This document shows, piece after piece, positions 49,386 to 62,864 of a stretch of 64,000 bases of DNA (the first letter of the stretch is position 1; each line of letters starts with the position of its first letter). The notes beneath the pieces were generated by a model. It had not been told where the DNA came from and did not search any database. It saw only the letters and a list, made by a program, of their open reading frames with translations. Where the stretch lies: the NCBI GenBank assembly GCA_013265495.1, contig MU057487.1, positions 124,001-188,000 on the forward strand, read 5' to 3'. The position numbers and the translations under genes were made by a program. The stretch is from Vicugna vicugna (taxonomy: Eukaryota).

Positions 49386-51403
49386 GATTAACACTTTGAT
49401 TGCACCTAATTAGCCTGTCATATTAAATACAATTTTCTCTTGATGGTTACTTTTTGCATTTTTCTCATTGATCTATACATGCATTGGAAAATTTACACTG
49501 TTCAAATAATATACTATTTATTGTTATTTAATATGACATTCAGCATCATTTATAGAATTTGGGTATGGGGCCTCTGTTTGGAAACTCTATTATGACATTG
49601 TTTCTAAGGGAAAATCAAAATAAATTTTCAACATTGCAACTTAATGTGCTTTTTTCAGGCATGTTCTCTGCTGTGAACATAGGGTCTAACTTGTACTATA
49701 AAGTATACATCATGACTACATTCAGAATCACTTACCCATGTAGTCAAATCAATGACTGGGGATAATAACACCAATTTAGAAATAAAATTGTCTGTGTTTG
49801 AAAAGGAAATGTGGGAGTTTCTTCATTTTCAAATAATGAAAGACATTCGTAATACAAATACAGAACAAAAACAAAAAACAAAAAAATAAAAGCTCAACCA
49901 TAGTGAAGATCACGACTAGTAGCAGGATGCCAGTTAGAATGAGGACGTGATAATAGACATTTACAGAATTTGCTTCTAATTGATGTTTCTGATTCCAAAC
50001 TCAATATAAAAAGTTGTGCAGGTTTTGGTGGCCACGGTTCATCAGCTCTGCAGGTTGTGAACACTGTATAACTGGAAAAAAGCAGCATGTGTTCGAGTGA
50101 TATGAAGTAATGCAATTGCTTTTGAATGTTAGTTAGGAGGAATTCTATTTGTGTTCTGAGTGGTAAAAATAAATGTATTTTGCAGGTACATTAATGGTGT
50201 CTAAAGTAGATCTTTGTTTAACTATCGTTAATCTTCAAACAACATTTAGCCTTTTTATAACCTAAATTTAAATTGTATGTTAATATAATCTCCTACACTG
50301 CTAAAATTATTTCTGAAACAGGCATTTATCATTGACGAATTAAAAGTATACTTAAGGGTAGATATTGTGTCTGATTTTTGTATTCATAGCATCTAGCACA
50401 GAGACTGCTAGTCACACAGACGGTGTTGAAAAATTACTTTTGTGTCTCAGGGTGCAAACTCTATGTTCAGAATATATGAGGTTCTGCATTTCTCTCTGAA
50501 ACAGTATTTTTATGTCTGTGTAAGAGCACTGAAGAAGTGCAGAACATTTTGCCTCTATTTTCCTATTTTTTCCATCAAACTATATCCATGAGTGTCTTAG
50601 AAAACCCTCTCTCATGTGCAACTAAGCTGAGATGATTTCATTTTTCTGGATTACATTCAGGGACTACGTTTTATTAGTCTCTGTTTTCTCAGAATCTGGC
50701 ACATAATAGGTACCTGGCACATGGTAAATGCTCAATTAAGTTGGTTGACTGAAAGAATGAGTGAGTAAGACCAAACTCTGTGCAGTGTTAAATCTCATTA
50801 GACTGGTGTTTGGCCCTAAGAACATCAGGTGTGGAACAACAGCTATGTGTCTGACTCTGTACTAGTGCCATGGATATTAAAGGATGCACGGCAGACCCAC
50901 CCAGCCTAAAGGACGCAGCTATGCAAACAGGTCAAATACCGTAATGTAAGTGCTATGACCACAATGTAAAAGAAGAGCCATGCAAGTGCAGGTAAAGGGG
51001 AAATTTTTTTTTAGATGAAGTACTACTTAGGTTGGGGCTGGAAAATAAGAAAAATGGATGCAGAAGTTTTGGTTAAAAGTTAACCAAAGAAGAAATCTTC
51101 AGAATAACATGTTTAACATAACCAAGGTTAGCCATAAAAAAGTAGACACATATAAGACTAGGTTGCCAAAGAAATGCATGGATAAATGCTAATATGTTAT
51201 AATATATCCCTCGAGTTTAATGGTATAGCTCCTTCAGTAAGCAACACATATTTTTAGCCATCTGGATGAAAATGACAGTGGTGAGCTATCATTTTGCAAT
51301 AGCCCTTGTTATTAAAAAGACAGAGAAGGGGAAGGAGAGCATTCTAGGTGTTACAGGGATAACAAGTTCAGTGTTAACTAGAGTTTTTTTAAGAGAAAGT
51401 GGC

Positions 51404-51811
51404 TGTCTTAGTCGGCTTGGGTTGTCATAACAAAATACCATAGACGGACTGGTGGCTTAAACAACAAATATTAATTTCTCACGGTTCTGAAGGCTGGGAA
51501 GTCCAAGATCAAGATGCCAGCTGACTCAGTTTCTGGTGAGGGCTCTCCTGCTGGTTTGCAGATGGCAGCCTTCTGTGTCCTCATGTGGCCTTTCCTCAGT
51601 GCATGCCAAAAGCAGAGGAAGGGTGGAGGGTGCTCTCTGGTGCCTCTTCTCATAAGGATAATAATCCCAGCATGAGGGCCCCAATCTCATGACCTCATCT
51701 AACCCTAATTACCACCGAAAGGTCCTATCTTCAAATACCATCATACTGGGGGCTTCATCAGGGCTCCAACACGTGAATTTGGTTGGGGGAGGCACAATAC
51801 TGTTCACAGCA
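51404..51811 (-). mobile_element. MLT1A/B-like solo LTR
   Basis: Contains tgtcttagtc...aacaaaataccatagac...ggctgggaagtccaagatcaag...aaataccatcatact...cacagca. Near-identical 5-bp flanks gtggc/atggc. Confidence 0.82.
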
Positions 51812-54673
51812 ATGGCTGAGGTAGGTTAGGCACATCGAGCTGGGGCAGCTAATAAAGAACAATTTTGCCCTGTTCAGGAGTTTGGGACATTTCCATTGTC
51901 AACAAGGAGCTAGCAAAGGTTTTTAAGTAGGGAAATGACGTGATCAAAGTATTTTTAGAAAGGTAACGCTGACGACCAGCATCTTTGGCTGCTGCTTCCT
52001 GCTGCCTTCAGCGACTTGTTAAGTGGCTAGTTGTCAGGAAGCAGGACCTGTAGTCAGTAGGATAACGCATATTGAAGAATTACTCATGATGTATTATTGG
52101 AAAATTGTTGCTAAACAGATTATATTAAAATCTTTTGTGATAATCTTTTTTACTTACTACTTATCCACAGGAGTAATCTGAACCATGAGTTTCTGGCAAT
52201 GGTTCCATGATGCTACAAAGCATTTCTTTGTATGAGTGGTTTTTTTCTTTCATCTTGTTGACAAATTAGTTCATCTCTTCTCGGCTCACTGTTGTGTGAC
52301 TATAATTTAAAACAAATCTCTCAGGGCTATCGCCTGTAGCTCCATCTCTTTCTTTCATTACTCTCTTCATTTTACCTCCTTTCCTTGCTTTGGACCTTAA
52401 TTTGGGGGTCTTCACATTTATTCCTTAAGAACATTTATTACTCAATAACCTTCACTATTTTCACTTAAGATAAACATCTTTAAGCTGAAACTGATCCTTG
52501 GAAAAGAAATGGAAGATTTTTTAAAAGACAAATAACAATTACAACAAAAACAAAAAAACAGAAAAAACAATAAAGCCCTTATAAAAAGGCAACATTTTGT
52601 GATCTGGTGCAAAGATAGGTGTAGTTTTTTAAAGTCATTTAGCTTATGAATAAGATTTTAAATGGCTTAGAGCATAAAGACAACTTAAAAAAAGAGGCAT
52701 AGCATTCTTTCCAAGGGAAAAGCCCAAAGGGACCAAGGCATGATGATGTCCTAGATTTCTGAGAGAGTCTACACTGAAATGATTATTTGTTTCTTTTTAA
52801 GTTGCCACATTTTTAGGTCATTAGTGGAGGGCAAAGTTGTTACTGTCACTATCTTTTTTGTTAAGGTCCTCCCCTTTTTATAGTCTAGTAAATGTAAAGC
52901 ATCAAATGAATACAATTTAAAACACAAGCACATAATCTGAGACTGTGGTGCCTTTCTATTATTTCTAGTAAGGAACATCCAGAACCGTAAGCTGTTACAT
53001 TTTCATTAACTGCTGTGGTTTTGTTATTCGGGGCTGACTGTTTTCTTTCCCATAGTTATGAGTAGCCCAGGTCCCTAACTTAAGCCCCTGTTTGAGCTTA
53101 CATTTTGGCAACTTTGACCCCTCTTATGCTCTTGCCATCTGAATCTGGAAGGAAACAAATAGTTGCTTTTCATTCCAATTCAAGCTGCCATTCCAACCAC
53201 AGTGAGCGGCAGTATGTGTTTGAGCAAATTCCAAAGCTGGCTTCACTGGGGAGTTGTGCCCTGGGAGGAGGGGAGGTCTGGGAAGTCTCCCTGAGAGCTG
53301 GGTTCAGCTATATCCTGCTTTATTGGCTGCTTCAGTGAGCATTTCAAGACAAAGCAGGACTGACTGTGTAGACAGGAGGTCTCTCAATTTGGTGCCAGAG
53401 AGTCTAGGATTCACACGCAGGCCCTATTTGGGAAACCGTGTGTATTGTCCGTACATCCTTTAGTTATTTGACAACTCTGTATGTTGTAAGTAACAGGCAT
53501 ACAAATTCTGTCCTGCCTCGTATGAGTTTTAATGACTTTCCTCCATCTCCCTCTGCTCCCAATTGGGGAGGAGGCGGGGATGACGACGGTTTTGCTTCCA
53601 TTTGTAATTAACTCCAACCTTCCTTTATTCTATATAAATTTGTGCTTCTTGACTTCTCTTTTGAAGTGGCTACAATATCTGCTGGGTTCCCTCATTGAAT
53701 GAGTTAAACAAAATCTTTCATGCATGTTCATTTTTTATGTCTGTATAAAAGTCACCAATTTATCCTTTTTTGGGAAAATAAGCTTTTAACACTCAGCTTT
53801 TTCACTGGGAGAACAAGCATAATAATATCTCCCTCACCTTCCTTCCTGAGTTTCGGGGACTGCATGCGTTACAACTCATGCTTATGGGGTGAAAACTTAT
53901 CTCATCTACCTCTGTATTCCCAGCGTCTGGGAGGGAGAATCTGCACCAGAGCGCTCCTTACTATAAAATACCAGAGCAAGTGGGAGACATTATTATTATC
54001 AGATATTATTGGCAGCACAGGAACCAGCAGCTTCTGACCTCATTTTGAAAGTGGCAGAGAGTTCACATTAGGTAGCATTCGAAGAGCCAAAGGTGCGTTC
54101 ATGTGCTGGGCAAATGGGGACACGGACACACCTCGTGGTTTCCAGTTCTAGGGAAGAGGCCACGGGTGGCAGAAAAGGGTTAAGCGAGACTCTAAGAGTT
54201 GCTTCTTCCTTTCTGGGCCTTTTGCCATCAGGGATTTAGAGGTCACAAGTGCTTTCCCCACACAAACATCAGCTGGTCTAACAGTTACTTGTCATTCTGT
54301 GCCGCCTGAGGTGGGAGGACAGGCAGAGAAAGGGGAGAGAGGAGGATTTCTGGTGTGCAAAATGCTACCGTGAACAGCAAGATTTGGCACAACACCTAAA
54401 CACTGCCAACATTTATTGGCTGGATCTGTATCCTATTTTTACATTCATATTTACTTATTTCCATTCCAAAATATAAATTCTAAAATTTTTAAAATAGGAA
54501 GCTAAAGCTCAAAACTCAAGTCACTATATAAAAATATTCCGTGATGGTTTTTAAGGCTCAACATTCTCTTTTCCTGATCTCAGCATGAGCAGGTACACTG
54601 AACATCTCGTTCATTAAGCAGTACTAATGCGAGGGTCACAGGAAGGCAACTTGCATTTCTGAACATATTCCCC

Positions 54674-55120
54674 TGCTAGACTGAATATTGTCTCTCAAAG
54701 ATGTCAGGTCCTTATCCCTGGAATCTGTAACTGGTACCTTATATGTGAAAAAGGGCTTTATAAAAGTGATTAAGTGAAGGATCATGACAAGGGGAGATTA
54801 TCTGGATTAACCTGGTAGGCCTTGAATGCAATCACGGGTCTCATCATAAGAGAGAAGCAGAGCGAGATGTGACCCAGACAGAAGCGGTGAAGGCATATGG
54901 TCACTGAGGTGGAGCTTGGAGTCAAGCAGCCGTAAGTCAAGGGAGGCCAGCGGCGCCAGGAGCTGCGAGAGACAAGGAAGGGATTTTCCCCCCGAGCGTC
55001 CCAAGGAGGGCAGCCCTGCCAGCACATCCATTCCACCCCAGTGGAACTGCTATCGAACTTCTGGCTTCCAGACTGGGAGAGAATTCATTTCTGCTGTATT
55101 AAGCCACCATGTTTGTGGTC
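54674..55120 (+). mobile_element. MLT1C/D-like LTR, 3' end truncated
   Basis: Contains caaagatgtc...ccctggaatctgt...gtgattaagtgaaggatc...gggagattatctggatta...acttctggcttccagact...aagccacc. Confidence 0.78.
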
Positions 55121-55443
55121 AGATTGGGTAACTTAAACAACACAGTTTTATTTTCTCACCGCTTTGGAGCCTAGAAGTTCAAGATAAAGGTGTCCGTAGG
55201 TTTATTTCTTCTTGGACTTCCCTTTGCCTTCACATGATCGTCCTTCTGTGCACACTCCTGTGTCCTAAGCTCCTCTTCTTTTAAGGACACCAGGCATATC
55301 AAGTTGGGGCCAACACATAAAACCTCATTATATATTAATTACCTCCTTAAGGGCCCTGTCTCCATATACAGTCACACTCTAAGGTACTGGGGGCTAGAAC
55401 TTCACATGTGAATTTTGAAGGAGATACAGTTCTATCCATATCA
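55121..55443 (-). mobile_element. MLT1A/B-like LTR, 3' end truncated, inverted relative to its neighbour
   Basis: Contains acttaaacaacacagttttattttctcac...agaagttcaagat...aaggacacca...gtcacactctaaggtactggggg...tgaattttg. Confidence 0.75.
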
Positions 55444-57682
55444 CCAAGTAACATTATTATCTTCATTTCTACTCATGAGGAAAGACTAAAGGGCAAAAAT
55501 TTAACATCGCACAGCTGAGAGGTCCAGGAGCTTGGGTTTGAAATAAAGTTGCTCTGACTCCATTACTGAGCTCTTAAAAACAAAAACAAAAAACAAAACA
55601 AACAAACAAAAGTAAAGACTCAAAGGGATATAATGTAGCTGTCTTAGGAGAGTCTTGTTTTTTGCACCTCACCCCTCTAGTTTCTTGTTCATTAAATTCT
55701 ATTCGAAGCTGAAGAAAGAGGTACAGCCTAGGCAGTCAGGATCATTACAATTAAAAAAAAATCTGCTAATGAAATAATCACTCTTACAATTGACTTCTTG
55801 AAATATCATTTTGGGGACAAACATAAACATCCACAGTGAATTATCAGAGATATTTTTAGGAGAAAGTTAGAAATCTTGAATCATAATAGTTTGTTTTTAT
55901 TCTTAAATAATGCCTCTCATATCTATTTCATGAGCTATCACCCTCTTTCTTAATAAAAAGTTTTTGATCAAGTTCTAAAATGTTTTTAATGGGGGAGAAT
56001 TTTCAAACATAAAATCACTTGTTGAACAAATATTTATTGAAGATGACCTGCCAAATATTGTTCTAACTACTGGGAATAAGGTACAAATAACACTCCACAG
56101 AAAATTCCTGAATAGAGCTTACATTTTAGTGGGATAAAGCAGATAGTAAACGATTACATGCCAAAATTAAAAACAGAGTATATATCGGTCATGCCTTAAA
56201 GTGCACCTACAGTTGACAGAATACAACTTCGTAAGAATGGTTACCAAACTCCTGATTCATAGAAATAATGACAGATATGAATAGATTATCGTCATTTTTA
56301 AAAGTTATTAAATCTTGAATTTGTTATTCAGCATTAGATAACTAATAAGTTGCCTGTAACAGTAATTCAAGTATCTTCTCAGTAGCTAATTTGTAAAAAC
56401 CTTGTGTTTTTCAATTGGTTGCCTGATTATTTCATGTTAAATGTTATGATCAAGATAAAAAAAATATATTTCCCTCCAGGCAGTGCTTTGAAAGCAGTTG
56501 TTAATATATAGTGTCATTCTTAGCAGAGCCTGATACTCTGCGGAGCTACAGAAATCACTAAATGATTAGGCTCTTTCAAAGGACTGTGAATTCCTATCCA
56601 TATTATCGAATTTTCCATGCTGCTTATTGAAAAGAGGGCTTGCAGGTAATTATAATTCCTGAGAGGTGCTTGTCACACAGATATTCAAAAAGTGGGTAAG
56701 TCTGTTCCCCTCACTTTCTTTTTCATAAGTTAATTCTAACTTTCAACCAATAAGACTAATGTTTATTTTAATAGATTTATATATAGATAACAAATCTATC
56801 TGTTATCTGTTTTCCAAGCCATTAATTGACCTGAAAGAAGTTTAAAACGCATAGTGTGTATAACCGGTTGGTGGACTTTTACAGATGGCCATGGTCCCAC
56901 CTGTTAAGGTGGGAGCCTCCACCACCTGAGGAGAGATTGGTGCATATTGTCCTTTCAGTCCAGAATATCTCCACAAGGAGGAAAATCCCCCATATGTCTG
57001 TATTTCAAATAAATCCATACTTATAAGGCTGGGAGTTCTTTGTAAAAACAACAATCCTAAAACAACAGCAATAAAAAACTTCTTGGAATTTCCACCTGAT
57101 TCAAATCTTTGGAACACATGATGATTTCCTTTATTTCTGCAAAGACAATGTTGCAGGTCAAAACATAATCTAGTGGTAGTGTTCGTGATTTAGCTGCTAA
57201 TCTTAAGAGAAATCTTTACACAAAATTACAGCACAGCTAATTTTCAACCGTGTTTACAGATTCCACGTCATCCTTTTTCTTCTTACTGGACTGTGAAGGA
57301 ATCTGTAGTAGGGCTTTCTGACATAAGCCGACTAGCATTCACTCAGTGTTTCTCCAGGGAAGCCTGCACTTAACTGGCCAGTATATTTGCCCCAAGGCAT
57401 AGGACAGTTGTCTTACTCTACTTTTTAAACCTCGTTTAAAGTTGGTTCCTCAGACAATTTGAAGTGGTAGTTATTTCATTCAGATGGAAGGTCAACGCAC
57501 TGATCCCTTTAAGTGGACTTTTAAGTGGACGGCAGACAAGTGCAGCTTATCATTTCAATATCATATAACATCGTAGAACACTGGAAAGTTGACACATTAT
57601 ATCTCTGACCAACCTCAGGTCTTCATAATGAAAAAGGAGACACACCATTGGGGAGTTTCTGCAGGCACTGAACACACAGAGC

Positions 57683-57872
57683 TGCAGTTCTCAAAGTGTG
57701 GTCTCTTTACCAGCAGGATCAGCATCATTTGGGAACTCACTAGAAATTATCAGGACCCACTCAAACCTACTGCATCAGAAACTCTAGGGGCAGGGCTGAG
57801 CATTCTGTGTTTTAACAAGCCCTTCAGGGGATTCTGATACAGGCAATAATGCTATAGTGTGAGAATTAATGA
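57683..57872. mobile_element. MER5A-like hAT-Charlie element
   Basis: Contains ttctcaaagtgtggt...cagcatcatttgggaact...tcagaaactct...tgtgttttaacaagcc...gattctgat. Confidence 0.8.
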
Positions 57873-58261
57873 TATAGAACATTCCTACCCAAAGAATAAG
57901 ATAAATCAGGATACTGAGCCCCTGTTAGGTGTGATGCAAACGTCAGTTAAAAAAAAAAAACATGACTGGCATTTGCACTTTCTCTTTTGTTGACTTCTTG
58001 ATTTCTCTTTAAAGTCAGAAATCTAAGGATGATAAAATTAAGTTGCTCTGTAGTTGAAGCAAATTTAACTGAAGGACTTGAAATGAGATTGTCTGGTAGG
58101 GGAGTGTCTTCAGAAAAACTTCCTTAACGGGAATCTGGGAAAGATATACTACAGAAAGTCTCTGTAAAATCTCTAAATTTTATCACTGGGAGAGACTGAA
58201 AGGGACCATCATATCTGCCTTTAAGAGGAAATGCCAGTTAAGGAAATCAGTTTGTCACTAT

Positions 58262-58862
58262 CCATAAAATGACTTTCTGGAACTTTGACTGGGATTGCAT
58301 TGAATCTATGTGATCCAATTGGAAAGAACTGGCATCTTGACAATATTATGTCTTCCTCTCCATGAACATGGAATATCTCTTTATCTACTGAGTAGCTCTT
58401 TGACTTCATCTGTCAGAGTTTTATCATTTTCCACATATAGATTTTGTATCTATTTTGTTAGATTTTACCTAAATCTGTACACATTTTATTTCCTTTTCTT
58501 GTCTTACTGCATTAGTTAGAACTTCCAGTATGATTATGTTGATAAGCAGTGGTGACAGGGCATACTCTTGCCTTGTTCCCGATTTTAGTGGTAAAGCTTT
58601 GAGTTTCTCACCATTAAGTATGATGTTAGCTGCAGGTTCTTTGTAGATATTCTTTATCAAGTTGATGAAGTTTCCCTCTATTCCTAGTTTGCTGAGTTGT
58701 TTTTTTAAATCATAAATGGGTGTTAGAATTTATCAAATGCTTTTTCAGCATCTCTTGATATGACCATCTGACTTTTCTTTAGCCTGTTGATGTGTTGGAT
58801 TACATTCATTGATTTTTGAGTGTTGAACCAGCCTTGTATACTTAGGACAAACTTCACTTGGT
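58262..58862 (-). mobile_element. L1 ORF2 (reverse transcriptase region) remnant with internal deletion
   Basis: Minus-strand translations [43 protein letters not shown] and RFNAIPVKVP are classic L1 ORF2 segments. Confidence 0.9.
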
Positions 58863-59029
58863 CCTGAGGGTAAGGATATTTTTATTCCATCCTAGGGAAT
58901 TAAAAGAAGGGTCAAGGTGCAAAGGTCACTTAGAGCTCGCTCCAGAAGAGCAGTCCATTAAGCACCCAGAATAATCAATGTAGTTAAAATACTAGACATC
59001 AGAGGAGAATGGCTAAGTGGACGTATCCC

Positions 59030-59400
59030 AGGGTACCTGCAGACACACTCAGGCTGGGTAATCTGGAGAAGGTTTAACAAAGGAGCTACTGAAAAATGAT
59101 CAGGCACAGTGGAGAGAAATCACAAAGGATGGGCCGTCCGAGGCTAGTCAGGGCTGGGGCAAGTTTACTACACTTAGGCCTGAAAAAGAGAGAAGGACAG
59201 TTCCAGGAAACTGGAAAAAACCATCGGATAGGAGACGTAATTTTTGGTGAGGAGGGAGCTGAAAGAGACGTCCGGACTTCACTCTCCTTCCTCCTGCTAA
59301 TCTCCTGTTCAGGCTCCCCACAGACCAATGAGAAGCGAGAAGACCGCTGAGCCCACCGATACGGACGGAGCTGGAGAGGCAGATGGGGTATATTAAACAT
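59030..59400. mobile_element. Probable old ERVL-type LTR remnant
   Basis: cacactcaggctgggtaat..ggagaaggtttaacaaagga..gaaatcacaaaggatgg resembles ERVL LTR sequence; family uncertain. Confidence 0.4.
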
Positions 59401-60494
59401 CACAGGTTAGCTGGGTGGAAGGGTAGCCTGGGACTCTATCACCGAGGGCTTTGAACCCTAAGTGGAGGAACTTTAACAGGAAAAGAGGATCCACTGATCA
59501 TGTTTGGAGCTATAATTCAGCACGAATCTGGTCATGGGAAGAATGGAGGAAGTTGAGATGAGAAGGAATAAAGATGTGAATTTGAATAACGATGAGTATT
59601 TGAGAGGTACCTTTTGCACATAAAATTAACAGAATGGATATACGGAGAGAGGAATAAAGAAAAAGTATTTAGAGAGCCTGCAGCCTTGCTGAATGGTGAG
59701 AGAGGAGGAGAACTTGGAAAGCAAGCAGGGTGACGAAGACGAAGCTCTTGCTTGTAATGGTAAAGACACGGAATTTGAGAGCTAGAATAGCCAGGGACGA
59801 TCGACTCCAGTGACTTTTCTCCACGTATGACTAATATTTTCACCCACAGGCAGCTTTAGACTGTCCAGCCGGAATAGAGAAAATAAAGACTTTGGTTAAG
59901 CATAAGTCTCATCTCATCCCAACTCTCTCTCAAGTGGTCAAAATCCATCAACATGTCGCTGAGAGCTGCTGAGCCACCCCAATTCTCTGTTTCACACATA
60001 AGGACGCTGAGAGAATAAACGTTCCCTTCAAGGAGACCCAGCTCGCTAATGGCAAAGTCAGATCAAGTCAAGGGGTCAGATGGCCTTACTCCAAACGTAG
60101 GTGCTGCTGGATGTATTAAAAGGCCAGTTTAGAAATAAAGGTTTATGGGTGGAAAGAGATGTAAGGAGTAGAAATAAAAGCTGGGGGGTCACTTACAAAC
60201 AGCATAGCTGAAGCTGAAGCTGTGATTATGAGGCAAAGCCTTGATGAGTAGCAATTAGCCCAAAAAAACTGGGATCCATAGATACCAAAAATGTATCCCG
60301 CATCCTACTTTATGGAAAAATGAGGTAAATTACAAGCTTTTAATATTATTTTGTTAAAAAAAAACAACAGCTTCTCTTTTATTGAGGTATAGCTGATGTA
60401 CAGGATTATAAAAGTTTCAGGTAAAATACAGTTTCTACAGAGAATCTTTAGAACAGCACTAGTCCTACTCCACCTACAACTGGGTAAGATGAGA

Positions 60495-61320
60495 TTTTAT
60501 CCATTCACAATTTCAACAAGTTTCTACTGAGATCTTTATCAGGTGCTGGGCTACAGCAGTAAACAAAATAAAATTTCAGCTCTTAGGGAGTTGATTTCCC
60601 ATTGAGGAAGACAGAGAAAATGTATAAAATGAATATATGTCAGATGGGGATGAGAGTTTGGAGAAAAGAAGGCAATAAAGATGCTAGAATGACAGTCGTA
60701 GAAGGGAAGGGTGCAATTTTGTGTCGGATTCTCCAGTGGGCCTCACTGATTCCGTTGAAACTGGAGCAGAGGCACAAAGGACGTGAGGCAGTGGGCTATG
60801 CGAGTACCTGGGGCAAAAGCATTGCACACAGAGGGAAGAGTCATTTCAAAGGCTCCGAGAAAGCCTGCTTGGCAAGTTTCAGGTACAAAAAGCATCCTGA
60901 GGATGGAAGGGAGGGGTAGATGGGGAGTATGGGTGATGAGGACAGAGAGGTCACAGGGGCCCAGATGGGCTTGGGCCTTCCAGCCCTTATGAGGACTAGG
61001 TTTCTCTCTGAGTGAGCTGAATACTCATGAGAGAATTTTGCACAGAGGTAGGACACTGTGTGCCCTGTCTTAAAAGGATCACATTGGTGGCTGTGTTGGG
61101 AAAAGACGTGAGGAGGCTGTCAAATAACGCAGTGAAGAGTGATTATGGCAGAGGCTAGGTGGCATTTGGAGAGGTGATAAAAAGTGCTTGTAGTCCAGAT
61201 GTATTTTGAGGGTAGACTGATGGATCAGATGTGAGGGGTGAGAGAAGAAAAAGGCATTAGGATGACTCCATGGTTTTCGGCTTGAGCAAGGGGAAGATGG
61301 AGTGTCATTTACTAAGATAC
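60495..61320 (-). mobile_element. L2 fragment
   Basis: Contains caggtgctgggctacagcagtaaacaaa...ggatcacattggtggctgtgttg...atgtattttgagggtaga...gatgactccatggttttcggcttgagcaa. Confidence 0.75.
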
Positions 61321-61607
61321 AGAAAACAGCCAGTATGTTTATTTTTACACCATTAGTTAACAAAACTTCCAATCAACAATTTTTTTTCTTTTTTTTGAAA
61401 GTTTTAGGAGAAGACTTTCCTTCTATGAGCTTATATTCCTTTAGTGAACATCTGTAGCCAATACCATAGACTTGAACTCTGGGGAGGGTTCTTGGTAAAG
61501 CCTCCTATTCTGCTCATAGGAGAGGCTAGCATATCCATGCTTCCCTGTAGAATGATTACAAAGGGTGGGTGGAGATGGTACCTTTAGTGTCTCAGTGATG
61601 CTTATTT

Positions 61608-61692
61608 AAGGAGGGATGAAGGGAGGGAGAGAGGGAGAGAGGGAGGGAAAGAGGGAAGGTGGAAGGAAGGAAGGAAGGAAAGAAGGAAGAAA
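61608..61692. repeat. Purine-rich (GAGG)n/(GGAA)n low-complexity tract
   Basis: gggagggagagagggagagagggagggaaagagggaagg..ggaaggaaggaaggaaggaaagaagg. Confidence 0.85.
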
Positions 61693-62151
61693 ATTAGGAA
61701 CCATTTAACCCCAACTTCTTAAAAGGCAGAGGCATCAAGTCTACCTATGGTCCTTTTTAGGGGGAAAACTAATATCACAGAGTGAGTGATATTATATTAA
61801 TGTTATGACATATTCAAAAGTGTGGGCAGATGACACCCATATCGTAGTTTCAGAATGCAATAAATTCACACTTAAAATCCTTGAAGTACAATGTATGATA
61901 ACTTAAATGATTACACCCTTCTTTCTTAGGAGATTTAATGGACAGGCTAGAAGGACAATGAAGGTGAGTTCTACATGCTGAGTTGGTGTTCATAACGGTA
62001 AAGACATCAGGTGTTATTTTCAAACCCTCTGTCAGCAGATAGCGAGTCTTTTACTACATGGCAAAATTGTTCATAAAGTTACACTTCTGTTCCTTTGAAA
62101 TGTTTCCATTTATAAGTGCCCAAGGGCAGTCTTTCACTATAACACAAAAAG

Positions 62152-62263
62152 ACTAGTGGGGTGAGGCCAGGGATACAGCTAAACATCTCAGGATGCATAG
62201 GACAGTCCCCACAAGAGGTATCTCACCCCGAAATGTCAATAATGCTGAGGTTGAGAATCCCTG
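62152..62263. mobile_element. MER20-like hAT fragment
   Basis: Contains gaggccagggat..gctaaacatc..atgcataggacagtcccc...aaatgtcaataatgctgaggttgagaatccctg. Confidence 0.75.
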
Positions 62264-62864
62264 ACTTCACTGTTGCTCATAGCTCATCCCACAGCTCACA
62301 TCACAATAGCCTTCCTTTCACTGAGCCTTACAGTTCAATTGTTCAACTCAATATTTGAGCGTCAAAGGAAGATTGGCACTATATTGTATTTCTAGGATGG
62401 GAAGAAAACACCACTTTGAGGTTACATGATTTACATCATTAGTTGAGTTGGAAGAATGTTTGATTCTTTATTAGAAACCAGCAAGCGTGCTGGAGTAGGG
62501 CTTTACACAAGAATATCACGAGGGTTAAGGAGTCTTTGAAAGATTAGAGTCACCTTTGTTTCACGTCAAAGAGCTTTATCTTTGCCTTGTTTGGTCATTC
62601 CAGTCCCGCGCCTATCTATTCGGCTGAGTGTCAGTTACAGCTGGCAATTCCACATGCTACACACACACATTTTAACTGTGGCTGCCAGACATCAGTAAGA
62701 TTCACAGTACAATATTCTCGACAATGTGTGCCTGATATTTTGAAGACCATCTGTTTCATTTTAATCTACAATAGGCTTTGCCAAGGCTTTTGCATGTCAA
62801 ATGACTTAAAAGAAAAAACCCAAAACCAAACCTTTGGGCTGTGTTAAAAAATGTTTTATAATAT

